DNA of 64,000 nucleotides, from assembly GCA_951406725.2 (NCBI GenBank), contig OX597816.1, forward strand, positions 94,550,001 to 94,614,000, read 5' to 3'. Positions within the stretch are counted from its first letter, which is position 1, and each line of letters starts with the position of its first letter. This document shows positions 27,501 through 40,157 of this stretch, piece after piece. The position numbers and the translations under genes were made by a program. A model generated the notes under the pieces. That model was given only the letters and a program-made list of their open reading frames with translations, made no database searches and was not told the DNA's origin. The stretch is from Octopus vulgaris (taxonomy: Eukaryota).

Positions 27501-30039
27501 TTTAGCTCCTCTTAAAAGTGCTAGTGAAAAAATTGCTTTTCCTGTCAGTGTTGCTCAAAACAACACTTTCACCAATTAAATTTGACTTGTTTTTTCAACA
27601 AAAAAAGTGTGTTGTTGTTGTAACAGTAACATTTAAATTCGCATTTTAAAATGTTAAAATATTCTTTTGTGTGTATATGAGTTTTACTGAAAGTTTTGTT
27701 GTTTAGCAGTCTCATTTTCACTCTATGCTTCTCTGTTGGAAAGTCATTTCAAGTTAAATAAAAATTATAGCCCTTTTGTCTCTCCCTGGTATGGAAGTAA
27801 ATGTCTAATGTATACCAAGAGATTCTCAATTGAAAATTATTTAAAAAAAAAAATATTTTCTTTTCAATTACATTAATTGAAGAGTTTTGCAACACATGTA
27901 TACATAGCAAACATGATGATAATCATACCTCCATAAATTAAAGAAGTTCATAAAATTGGAACTAATCAATGAATTGAGAAGTTTAAATGAATAGAAGATA
28001 ACTTTCTGCTGGAAAAAATAGTTATCTAAAAAATAGACAGAAAATCTGGTATAAAATTATATACTCCTGTACGTATGTATATGAGTGTGTGTGTGTGTAT
28101 AAACCCCCAAATTCCTATATTGGATATGAACTAATTGGATATGAACTCCTGAGTTGTTAGTCTAGTTTTTTATTCACATCACACTTTTCTATCATCATCA
28201 TCATGACGATTTCCACCATGGAATAGTTATGTTCTACAATGATTAGAGTTTATGAATGCAAATTTTGAAAAAGTAAGCAATAAAAGCTAAAAAAAAAAAA
28301 AAGATTTTGTTTTTTTCTATTTACTAAGTTTAGGTTTACAATCAATAATCAACAAACTATTGTTGAGGTTGTAATGTTTTGTGTTGAAATAATTCAGTGA
28401 AAAGACATCAGAGCAAAACATGGATAATTACTTTTGTTCAAAAATACTAGCTTTATGCAAGAAAAGATTTGGTTTAATAATAGCAACAGAGCAAAGCTGG
28501 ATAAGAATGACGGGAAACATTGAGCACAGAGAAAGCAAAAATAAATTAATATCATTAGAAGAAGTTCTCTTACAGAAGACAATGATATGGAAGAAATGAG
28601 AACATTTCAGTGCTAGGCACAGAAACAAAAATGATTTCTAACAGCAATGATTCAGAAAAAAATAGACTTTATTTAATAACTTCCATCTGGACATGAGTGA
28701 GAGAAAACTGTGATATCTAATTTTAAATTTCATGAAGATTAAGATAAAAATAACAGAATAGAAACTTTGGCATCATTTTTTTCTCCTGGTTTTTACTTTT
28801 ATGCCATACAAAACCTGAGACTAATAGCCTTTGTTTATAGACACACATGATATAAGCAAAAGGAAAACAGAGCAATAGTTTTATGAAAGACAAGATTCTC
28901 AAATCACAAAGCTTACAGCTGGTAAAGGTGCATTGGGTAAATCTCAAAAATTGGAAATTTTACATTTTTTAAAAAGCAGAATAAATATTATACATTTTAA
29001 AATTTATTTTGTTGCACTATGAATGAATGGAAAAGCCCAGAGTTTATTATGGTTGTTAATCTGTTATTGTATGCATATTTTAAACAGATGAGATATATTT
29101 TGATCAGACTGATAAATATTCACCACTGAACAAGTATAAACCAACAAAAGAACAATAAAATTTCTACATGCATTAAGCTCTATTTTTTCTATTCAGTCAT
29201 GGATTATTAGTTAGGTTTACCCAGAGCTATATTTAGCTCCATAACAATTATGTACAATCCTGGCAAACCTGAAATAGGACAACTATGTTTATTGGTCCAT
29301 TCATTTTCAGAACAGGAAGGGGTACAATGAGAGGGTTGGGGGGAACAGCAGATAAATATAAATCAGACTGGTTAAGAGTGTGTTCTATATTTTGAGTCAC
29401 CATTATCATACTTGAATGGGAATATTAACAATATGAAATAAAATCAGAAGCTATTGAACAGAATATATGTTTAAATAGGAACAGGGTTCCAGGACAATTA
29501 ATAGAAATGAAATAAAGATGGTTCTTTGAAAAATTCATATTACAATTTCCTACAGATTTTATTTTACATAGATTTCTCATTACCAGTATACATACTGACC
29601 AAAACACAAAACATATTTACAAAATTAGCTGGAAATATTTACACAAACAGAATGCATGTGTATATTGTGAATATTTTCAACAATGTTCACAATATTAGAA
29701 ATGAACAGCAGTAGAAATTACATTTGGGAAAAAAAAATTCCCATTTATTTGAAAAAAAGATAATTTCATTTTAATGGTTTTAAAATGTATTATGTCAAGT
29801 AAAATAGACAAGACAGAATACCTTTAACACATACAGGACAGAAGTTTGCATGACTGATATAGACAATCTGTGATATATAAAATAATCATCTTAGTATGCC
29901 TGATAAACTCCAAGACACACATAATAGTAAAAATAAATACTACATGTGCCATGTAGAAGAGACATGTTTCTATGACAGGCAGAGTCAGTTATTTGAAACT
30001 CAAAATAGGAAAATAAGAATCTGTGTGTGTGTGTGTGTG

Positions 30040-30077
<38 letters not shown>

Positions 30078-30454
30078 CATATATTGTATAATAATAGCAG
30101 CATACAAACAGAAAATGTATATACAATAAAACAAACACATCAATTTCAGCTCTAGGTCCCTCTTATGATCAGTACTTGACTCAGCTCTGCTCCAAACACA
30201 AAAACTAGATGGATGATATCACACCGGACGCAACTAACAATGGAAATTAAACTAAACTATATAAAATACAATAAAAATTATACAGTGGATAGATTTAAGT
30301 GCTAGATATATGGACCAGTAATAAGTATGTCATGTCAGGAGACAAGGCCGAAGATTCTATGTGGTTGCCCAATCAGTTAAATCTCTTTCAAATTAATAAA
30401 ATGGCATCAGATATGTAGACTTGCTTAATTAACATATGTGCATGCATGCATGTA

Positions 30455-30496
<42 letters not shown>

Positions 30497-30931
30497 TGAT
30501 TTCTGCTGGAATCTTAGGTCTGTTCAATCAGGTCTGCTGAAGAGTTAAACCACAATATTTATCAATGCTACACAAAACAACAAGAATAAACCCTTAAGCA
30601 AATATTTACTACAAATCACAATATTTGCATGATGTGAAGTTTCAGATGTATATAAGGATGAAATTGTTTTTCACAACTGTTTTACTGTTGTCTTTGGCCG
30701 AACAAAATTTAGCTGAATGTGGAATTAATAAAACTGATACTATTTATTAAAAGCACTCAGTGATACTTGGACTTCTTTTAAAATATATGCCCAGCATGAG
30801 TTATCAATAGATATGTAAAGCATTTAAAATTATTTTGATATATATATATATATATACATACGCATAGGAGTGGCTGTGTGGATAGGCATAGGAGTGGTTG
30901 TGTGGTAAGTAGCTTGCTTTGAACCACATAG

Positions 30932-31369
30932 TATGTATACATATATATATGTATGTATATATGCACATATATATATATATGTATTTGTATATATACATAT
31001 AGATATATATGTATATGCGTGTGAGTATATATATACATATGTGATATATATGTATATATATATATATACATGTGATATATATGTATATATATATATACAT
31101 ATGTATTTGTATATAAACATAAACATATATGTATACGTGTGAGTATATATATATATACATATGTGATATATATGTATATATATATATACATGTGATATAT
31201 ATGTATATATATATATACATATGTATTTGTATATAAACATAAACATATATATGTATACGTGTATATATATATATATATATATATAGATATATGTTATATA
31301 TATATGTATATATACATACATATATATTATATATATATATATAGATATATGTTATATATATATGTATAT

Positions 31370-31408
<39 letters not shown>

Positions 31409-31424
31409 ATATATATATGTATAT

Positions 31425-31466
<42 letters not shown>

Positions 31467-31729
31467 CATATTACATACACAAACATATGTGTGTGTGTAT
31501 ATATACATATATATATAGATAGATATTTATATATATATATATATAGATAGATATATGTTATATATATATGTATATATACATACATATATATTATATATAT
31601 TTATACATATATATCAATGTATGATGATGATATTATATAAACATATATATATTTATATATACATATATATTACATTTGCATATTATATATATATATATAT
31701 ATACATATTATATACACAAACATATGTGT

Positions 31730-31795
<66 letters not shown>

Positions 31796-31862
31796 GTAAA
31801 ATAATGTCACAATTATTCAGTAGCCAAGATAAAACTCTGAGTTTCGGATGCCGTTTTTACCA

Positions 31863-31900
<38 letters not shown>
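30932..31900. repeat. Complex (TA)n-derived microsatellite with a ~120-bp higher-order unit
   Basis: atgtatttgtatata..acata..atatatgtat..gtgtgagtat recurs at ~30979, 31101 and 31221. Confidence 0.9.
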
Positions 31901-31902
<2 letters not shown>

Positions 31903-32439
31903 ACATATATAAAGGGAACATACACACAATACAAGGCATTAAAACTTTTGGACAGATAGACAATACATAGGTGGACAAGTGAAACAACAATTAGGACAGG
32001 AAAAAAAAAAAAATGGTCATTCTTGGCTTTCTTTCATGAGTCAAATCCTAGAAGTCACGACCATCTCGGGCAGTTATACTTCAGATGGTTCAATCTGGTT
32101 GCGCCCATAAAAGTGTAAGCTAAGAAAGCTAGCGAATGTGTACGGCAACAAAAACAAAAAGCAAATAAACAAAAAATGGAGAACATGGTACACAATTACG
32201 AATACAAACAATATATATACATATATTCATATCTCTCTCTCTCTCTCTTTTACTTGTTTCAGTCATTTGACTGCAGTCATGCTGGAGCACCGCCTTTAGT
32301 CGAGCAAATCTACCCCAGGACTTATTCTTTTGTAAGCCCAGTACTTATTCTATCGGTCTCTTTTGCCGAACTGCTAAGTGACGGGGACGTAAACACACCA
32401 GCATTGGTTGTCAAGCAATGCTAGGGTGACAAACACAGA

Positions 32440-32478
32440 CACACACACACACATACATATGTATATACAAATATATGC

Positions 32479-32526
<48 letters not shown>

Positions 32527-32757
32527 TACATATGCATATATACACATATATACATACATATGCATACATATATATACATACATATGCATATCTATAATCA
32601 CATCATCATCATCATTGTTTAACGTCCACTTTCCATGCTAGCATGTGTTGGACGATTTGACTGAGGTCTGGCGAACCAGATGGCTGCACCAAGCTCCAAT
32701 CTGATCTGGCAGAGTTTCTACAGCGGGATGCCTTTCCTAATGCCAACCACGCTCCGA

Positions 32758-32806
<49 letters not shown>

Positions 32807-32908
32807 GATATACTTACATATGCATATATATACATACATACATACATACATATATATACACACATATATATATACATAAACACATATATCTATACATATA
32901 CATACATA

Positions 32909-32985
<77 letters not shown>
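32440..32985. repeat. (TA)n/(TACA)n/(TC)n microsatellite block with an embedded LINE tail fragment (~32600-32760)
   Basis: Directly visible. Confidence 0.85.
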
Positions 32986-32988
<3 letters not shown>

Positions 32989-33981
32989 TTAATACAAAAT
33001 TTATAAAGAAGATCAAAAGTAATATTTAATTAATTGAACATTTGTTCTGTCCAATAGGAAAAATTTTCAGAGGAAGTTGGAACTAAAAATATCAATGTGT
33101 CAGCTTTTAATGTATGGGAGTTGCAATAAAGCTCTTTTAGGAATATGAGTATAGGTAGAAAGTACACATAAGTAAAGACTGATAGGGTGGTTTACAAAGC
33201 AAACTTATAAACCCAGGTATGTAAACCCTGTTTTAAGAGAGGTAGAGATAGAAACCCATTCAACATAGTAAAACAGGTATAATAAGCATTCTTGTCTCAG
33301 TGTACATGGTTGTTTGTAGGGAAAAGTTAATGGGGCAGAAAAATGCAGTGGTTTATAGACTCATAAATCATTAGGTTCAAATCTTCTTACAGGTAATGTC
33401 TGAGTATTACCTAATTTCACTTAAAATAGAGTCACATCTAACTAAAGTAGGTGATATTCTGAACATCAAAAATATGAATGCTCATATCCAATCACAATAT
33501 TGTACTGTGTCTTTGACAAAGTTACTTAACTCTCAACAGCCGTGAAGAGGTATCAAAAAACGGTTTTTCATTGGTTTGCAGAGCTGGGCACAAATCTTAC
33601 CATAGGCCAAGCAAAGAACAAGGTAACATATTCCCTCATGAAACAAAACAAGACTAAATGTTCAACAAACAACTCAAATAACATGAGATTATATTTACTT
33701 TTCTGCAAATGTCTTCATTTTTAAAACTATTTGATACATATTATAAAATAGATATAAACTGACTATACAAATGTATGCACATCTGTTTGTCTAAGTATAT
33801 TCGAGATATTGTATATATATTTCAAAGAAATATTGAAGGGAGGTAGGAAGAATGAGACTAATTATATGATGACATCTCTTCAATCAGTCACAATATGTGA
33901 CTGTGACTAATTTTAAAAAGTTTAATAAAGTCAAACTAATGGAGGATGAGGTCAGAATATAAAGACAAAATATTGGAAATA

Positions 33982-34176
33982 TTTCGTTTTTGGATTTGGT
34001 TTGCAAGATTCTTTATATGAGTTCGTGTGTTGAAGCATATTCTGTTGTGTCTGGGGAAAGTCATTTTCTTTTTGTGCCTTATAATGTAACACACTCACCG
34101 GTAAAATTTCCACTTATTTCTTATTTTTATTTTCCTAAAATTTTCGTTGTCTTGCAACCTTTTCAAGTCTTGACTC
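33982..34176. mobile_element. Short interspersed element (family D) with an 11-bp target-site duplication
   Basis: tattggaaata at 33971-33981 and 34177-34187; high similarity to 50706-50849. Confidence 0.8.
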
Positions 34177-37100
34177 TATTGGAAATAACTTAGTCAGAAA
34201 CTTTTACAACATTGCTGTCAACACCACTATTCAAGTCAACAAAGAAATATCTATGTAGTTACTCAATACACTTTAAATATATAATTCTAATTGCATAATG
34301 ACTAAAACAAAAGACTGGCCACTACTAGAATGCTTCTGATCATAGATTTGCTCAGAGATAAATTTACCCCCATTCTAAGTGATAATTAAGAATATTTGGT
34401 CTTGAAAGGGCTTCAGAGGTTATTCTTTCAGACAAATAAAGAAAAATAATAAGCAAAAAATCTTATTTTTAGTTAGCTGAAAAGTACTTTAAAAAAAAAT
34501 TCTTTCTCAGTATGCAATTCTGTTTAAATGCTAATATATTCATACCTCCACATACATTGAAAATTGTGGTGTTTTTCTTTGTAAATAATAAAACTTAAAA
34601 TTTTTCCTTTCATTTATTATTTGTAATTCTGATCTAATTTCATCAAAGACACTATACTTATACAAATTTTATATTCATTTTTTTCTAGTTAGCACGAATG
34701 GGATAATTGTAAAAATCATTAGAATAGTGTTTAAAACTGTGTCCTTCCTACAGTTAAAAACTCAGTATATGAGAATGAAGTAAGCACAAGTAGCTGTAGG
34801 AAGGATACTGTTGTAAACACCACCCTCATAATTTTCACAATTACCCCAAATTGTGCAGTCACTTGACTTGCTGAAAATAGCAACCAAATCTCCTTCATCA
34901 AACCCTAAATAAAGTGGGGAAAAACTGCCTGGAAAACAAACACACACGCACTTTCTCATACACATAGGGTGGCTATGGTGAGATGTCTTTGCTCGTAAGT
35001 CTTCTCTGTCAGGATTGACCTGGGCTAAGCAAAAACAACCTGACCAAGGATACAACACTATAACTGTAGTATGGTCTAAATATAAGATCAGGTCTTCAAT
35101 AACCTTTTGTGCCTCACGGGCTGCTCAACAGACAGATAAAATGCAGGAGCTTTCAATTGAACTGTTGTTTAGTGAGTACCTTGACAGGCTATATAGATAC
35201 TAGACATATATTTCATATCTTGATAAGGAAACTTGTCATTTGACCATCCAAGTAGGTTTAATTAGAGGCTCCCAAGACTCTGAAGAAAGAAATCTTTAAA
35301 ATAAGACAACAGTTAAAGAATGCATCAATCTCTTGAGAGCACAAACTTGCTGGATATCACATCAATTTCTTATGGCAGGCCTCAATTTGACATTGACATT
35401 AACTGACCTCACATTTTTCGACTGACAGGAAACATGTATATGAAAATTTATTGTGAATTTAGACAATAATAATCCCAGCAAATCTCCAGCTAAGATATTT
35501 TTTTGCCTTGAAACTAATATTTGGCTGTTGGAGTGGGAATGGGGTACATTCAGTATTGACTCAATAAGTAATATTTTGGAATGCAGCATGTTTTTCACAA
35601 GGTATGAAAAGTACCTATTAATAAATAGTTAAGACTGAGAATGCAGAGTTAAATGGCACTGAGACAAGAAAACTCACAAACCTTAACAACTATCAGGTCA
35701 GACATAACTTGGGTCAATGATAGCTTTTTATATATTTTTGGAATCCTATATACACGAATGATCTTTTAATACGATTTCTACAGCATTAAATTACAAGTAG
35801 AAAGTAAAATTATATTGAGCTATTTATAGCTTCCCTAAGAGAAATGTTTAAAGTGATTATATGTCACTTTTTCAGATTAAGATTATTATTATATGTTGAA
35901 GTAAGAATCAGATCTTCAGTATCTCTATCGAGTAATGTGTGTGTGTATGCGTGAGAAAGAGTATAGGTTTGTTACACTTCAAAACTGTTATAAAACAATT
36001 AGAGCCATAATTAAGATGCATTGCGATACATAAACAGAAAAAGAAAGATAGTCATAAAAAGAAAAAGACTACAGAAGAACAGATTTGATGACAGAAGTCC
36101 TCACAAGAAATGACACATGACAGCTAGGTTGCTGCATTTCAAAACTCATGCACCTGAAGACAGTATAGAAGAATGGATATAAAATCACTGATGATGATTA
36201 CGATGAAGATTGTGTCAATATTGGATGTTATTCAGTTATAAGTGCTTGCTAAAATACTGTTGTACTTTGATGTATGGCTCACACAAACATTAATTCTTAA
36301 ACAATATTGTGAAACTTTAAAATGTCATGCTTTCCTCCTCGGAATCGCATCTTTCTGGAACCCTCCTGTGTATATATGCGTCTCACCTAACGTCGAGCCA
36401 TAAGGAAGACTACGTTGATACTCGATCAGCTAGAAACAGCAGCCAGATATCCCTCAAATCACACCCTTCTGACTTAAAAATGAGACACTGGATAATGTAA
36501 CCCCACAAACTACGTCTGAAAAAAGAAAAAAAAAAAACAAGGACGAGATAGTCATGACTGGAATGCATTTGATCATAAATCTGTTCAGATAAAATTTACA
36601 ACCTTTCAACTTTGCCTATTTATTTCTATTCTTCAGTCAAAGAAGCTGGCAAAGCTGTTCGTTAGAATAATTAGAAATTAACAAAGGGTACCACAGATTA
36701 TGGATACATGGTCTGTGGGTAGTAGTCATTAAAAATATTGTTGGAAAACTAAGGGCTCTGATATTTATCTTTTGACTAAAAAAAAAAAAAAAACAAAAAA
36801 AAACAGTATTTTATCTGATTCAATATTATCTCTTACTCTCAACTTTGTTTACAACAAATCTAAACTTAATTTTAATTCAACATTCTTGAAAACATCTGAC
36901 GTCGAGTCAGTCTCTACAAATGAATCGGTACTTTAGATGGTTGTGAGTTAACATTACCTGTTCTTGTAGATCAGGTAAGCTAATTGGTTATTAAGAATTA
37001 TAATAAATTATACTAGTAGCCATTTCTTTCCTCTCACTCAAATATTGTTATGATTTTTAGTAGCATTCCAGTCAAATCAATAAAGTGCAAGGTCAAGTTT

Positions 37101-37502
37101 TGGTGAAATAACATTTAAGAAAGTGAGAGTTATGGTTCTACTCCGTCAACACAATCACTAAGCTGTAATGTCAATAGTATAAAAACTATTTGAATTTTAG
37201 TTTTTGTTGCTTTCTTCCCACTTATTTAAAGCGTATTGGCAAAAGAAGCGCAGGAATAAATATTCCTAGCTTGTCAAGGATTCACATGTTTTTAAGAGGG
37301 AACAAAACTTAAACAGCCAATGTATAAAGATATATAAACGAAACCTTTATAAAGTTTGTCCTGTAATTATTTCAACTTATTTTTATCTGTTAGGGGGTAG
37401 TTTCCTGTGCGTGTGTGGATGCTTCTTAACTAAAACACATAAAAAAAAAAACTGAGTATTAGTTTGAAAATATAGTAACATATACTTACAGAATGCTATA
37501 AA

Positions 37503-38699
37503 TTATATTTCTACTGATGCATAACTGTAATGTGTTCTAGCAGTGATGTAAGGAGCAACACATCGTTTAAATACCCGCTTAATACTACCTCTGTTGAGAT
37601 AGAGAACAATGAGTGCAGTACAAGCAATGAAAGCAAATATAATATATGAGGTTTCCAAGTGAACACCACTGCGCTTCTCACACTTCAAGTCCGATTCTTG
37701 CAGACTGAGTACTTGCCTGCCCTGGTACAAGTCTTTGTAACTATGAAAACAAGTGACATTATCTACATCCCCAACTTTATCTTGGTTCTTTGTTAACCAT
37801 TCATAAAAGTCTTTCAAATAACAACTGCAGCTGTAAGTGTTGTGGCCGAGCCTTAAATCTGTAAGATAGGGCATGGACTGGTTGAACTGAGTAAAAAAGG
37901 AGCCATCTAGTATGCCGTTATAAGAGAGATCTAACTGTTCGATGCTGTATGTACACAATTCCGGGTTGATCTCTATTAAATAGTTATGTGATACATTTAG
38001 TTTCTTCAGAGATTCCATGTTACACAACATTTCCATAGTTTCATTGGTCAACACTAAAATGTCATTATTAGACAAATTAAGATCTTCCAGTGTTGTGCTG
38101 GTCTTATTTAAAATGTACGGTAAACGGATAAGGTATTCGTATCTCTCAGGACCACTCCAGCTGGCTAAGGTATCGTCCAAGTCAAGAACACGAAGTTGGG
38201 TTAACCCTTCAAATACTCCAGTGTGGCTAATATCTAAAAGTTTCCAATTATTGTTACGCAGTATTAATGTCTCTAGTTGTGGCAGACAATGGAATGTTTT
38301 GCCGTGGATTCTTCTTATGTTATTGTTGGACATGTCTAAATATTTCAAAGCAGAATACTTGTGTCCAACAGTGTTATGGGCACATGCTCCGAAGAGATTA
38401 GCCGGGAGGTCGGTAAGGTTGTTGCCACTCACTATTAAACTCTGTACAGAATGTGGCACGAATAAAAAGAAACTAGCATTAGTAAAGCCAGTATCTATAC
38501 ACTCCACACTGGTTGCATTGCATTGGCAGTTGGATAATTCAGCTGGGCATTGGGAAGTTTTACTGTTATTTGTATTTGCTGCTCGTTCCATAGTTGTTAC
38601 TTCCATGTTAGCTTTCGCACCGGCGTCAACTAAATCCATTTGCCAAACGATCACCATAGCAGGGGCCGCAAAGATATACCAAATCAGAAAATTAGCCAT
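37503..38699 (-). CDS. Trophoblast glycoprotein (5T4/TPBG/WAIF1)-like LRR transmembrane protein, 398 aa, single coding exon
   Basis: Hydrophobic N-terminus; LRRNT (CPAELSNCQCNATSVEC); ~7 LxxLxLxxN repeats; LRRCT (NTYSCSCYLKDFYEWL..C..DLKC); TM followed by ETSY...IVLYLNRGSIKR, matching the TPBG TSY...LVLYLNRKGIKK signature. The first ATG is at 38699; the ORF track opens at an upstream TTG. Confidence 0.9.
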   Translation of the reverse strand: MANFLIWYIFAAPAMVIVWQMDLVDAGAKANMEVTTMERAANTNNSKTSQCPAELSNCQCNATSVECIDTGFTNASFFLFVPHSVQSLIVSGNNLTDLPANLFGACAHNTVGHKYSALKYLDMSNNNIRRIHGKTFHCLPQLETLILRNNNWKLLDISHTGVFEGLTQLRVLDLDDTLASWSGPERYEYLIRLPYILNKTSTTLEDLNLSNNDILVLTNETMEMLCNMESLKKLNVSHNYLIEINPELCTYSIEQLDLSYNGILDGSFFTQFNQSMPYLTDLRLGHNTYSCSCYLKDFYEWLTKNQDKVGDVDNVTCFHSYKDLYQGRQVLSLQESDLKCEKRSGVHLETSYIIFAFIACTALIVLYLNRGSIKRVFKRCVAPYITARTHYSYASVEI

Positions 38700-39639
38700 T
38701 TTCAATTAGAATTATATTTTTCTAACACTTTGCTTTATTTTCTCAGAAATTTTAAATATTATTCTAGTATTAAGAAATTATGCCACAAATTTAATCCGAA
38801 ATATTTATTGAATGAAAAATTTTGTTAAAGAGATAGTGGAACTGAAATAAATTAGATAAGCTTTTACTTGATTTATAATCAATACTTTGAATTGAATTTT
38901 ACATTTAATTATTATGAGGATTTTTCTCAGGGAAATGACGGATAGAAAAAGTAATAAACAAAAAAAAAAAAAAGAGAGAGAGAGAGATGATTAATTTTCT
39001 GTTTGCAAATTGTTCTGGGATTGTTGCCAGGTGCGATGTGAAGAAAGTGAGATACGGAGCTTAATAGAGTAGATTTTTAGCAGCTGGAAGTGGTCAGTTT
39101 AAGTTTTGCGGTTCCAGTGGGGGCTGCACATTACACTGGATAGAGTTAAAACGAGTCAAATAGTATTATTGACAAATGATTCCAGATAAAAGGTACATCA
39201 AGCTGCGACTCTTCCGATTAGCCTCAGTTTGTCAAATGAAGTTCATAAAGTTATATGAACCCTCTTTAGAGACGGTCTGCCAGTAGCAATGTTGAAAGTT
39301 TGAAGATGCGAACATAAGGCAAGTAGCACAACAGCAGCAAGACGATGGGCTTTGAATGGCTGTTCCGCACTCATAATTTTCCCACACATAATTAGTTATT
39401 AAAGAATTAAATTTGTATTTTTTGTGGAAATGAGAGGGAGAAATAATTAAAAAATAGTGAATCATATAAGTGTAATTCAATTTAAAATCTAAATGAAAAT
39501 TGAACAAAATAAACACGTATTATAATAGAGAACATACACTAGTATAAAATCTTAATTACATACATACGCACATTATAAATGCATTGAGTATATTTTGTGA
39601 TATTTATTTATGATTTACCGTATAAAGCAGTAAACGATA

Positions 39640-39860
39640 ATGTCATCGATCGAAAATTTAATTTGGTGTTAGAGTATTTTTTATAACAAGACGGAATAAT
39701 AAGATATAACAATATAACTGAAAGAAACAGTGCAGTAAGACTGTATTATGAAAGTTAAATAATCATCCAATCAGAGAGCTCCATACAATTATGTCCGATA
39801 CGCTGTTATAGTCGAAGCGGGATTGATGACGAATTGTTTTCATACTTATTTCCAGGTAAA
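39640..39860. promoter_or_regulatory. Candidate bidirectional promoter and first non-coding exon of the zinc-finger gene
   Basis: Local CpG enrichment; NF-Y-type CCAATCAG at 39767; possible splice donor ccag|gtaaa at 39855/39856; lies between two divergent genes. Confidence 0.4.
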
Positions 39861-40026
39861 ATACTTCTTTGATTGTTAAAAAATATATCTAAGTATGAAA
39901 GTGAAATACATAGAAACTGTTTAATGTGTGTCAGTTCTATAGAATAAGTGTTCCTGTTGTGTTTGTTGATATAGTGGATTTGGGTATTCTCTTGGCACGG
40001 AGATTACAAGTGGTCGTCCATCTTGC

Positions 40027-40157
40027 TTTTCTTGCCTCCTTCCAGGGAAGATTGACTCAAACAACGAGACCACTCTTCAGTAGATTTTTCCCTTGCCTCC
40101 TTCCAGAGAAGATTAACTCAAACAATGAGACTACTCTTCAGTGGTTTTTCCTTTGCA
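40027..40157. repeat. ~61-bp tandem duplication
   Basis: cttgcctccttccag(g/a)gaagatt(g/a)actcaaacaa(c/t)gagac(c/t)actcttcagt occurs twice. Confidence 0.85.

Noticed and set aside
31820-32110. Further hammerhead-like fragments (minus-strand CCGAAACTCAGAGTT near 31835-31850; CTGAAG near 32080)
   Set aside because: Could not assemble a complete core with stems I-III; truncated by microsatellite.
30778-33006. Many Y/I/H-rich ORFs
   Set aside because: Translations of (TA)n/(TACA)n microsatellites.
38017-38709. 230-aa plus-strand ORF
   Set aside because: Antisense shadow of the LRR gene; no recognisable motifs.
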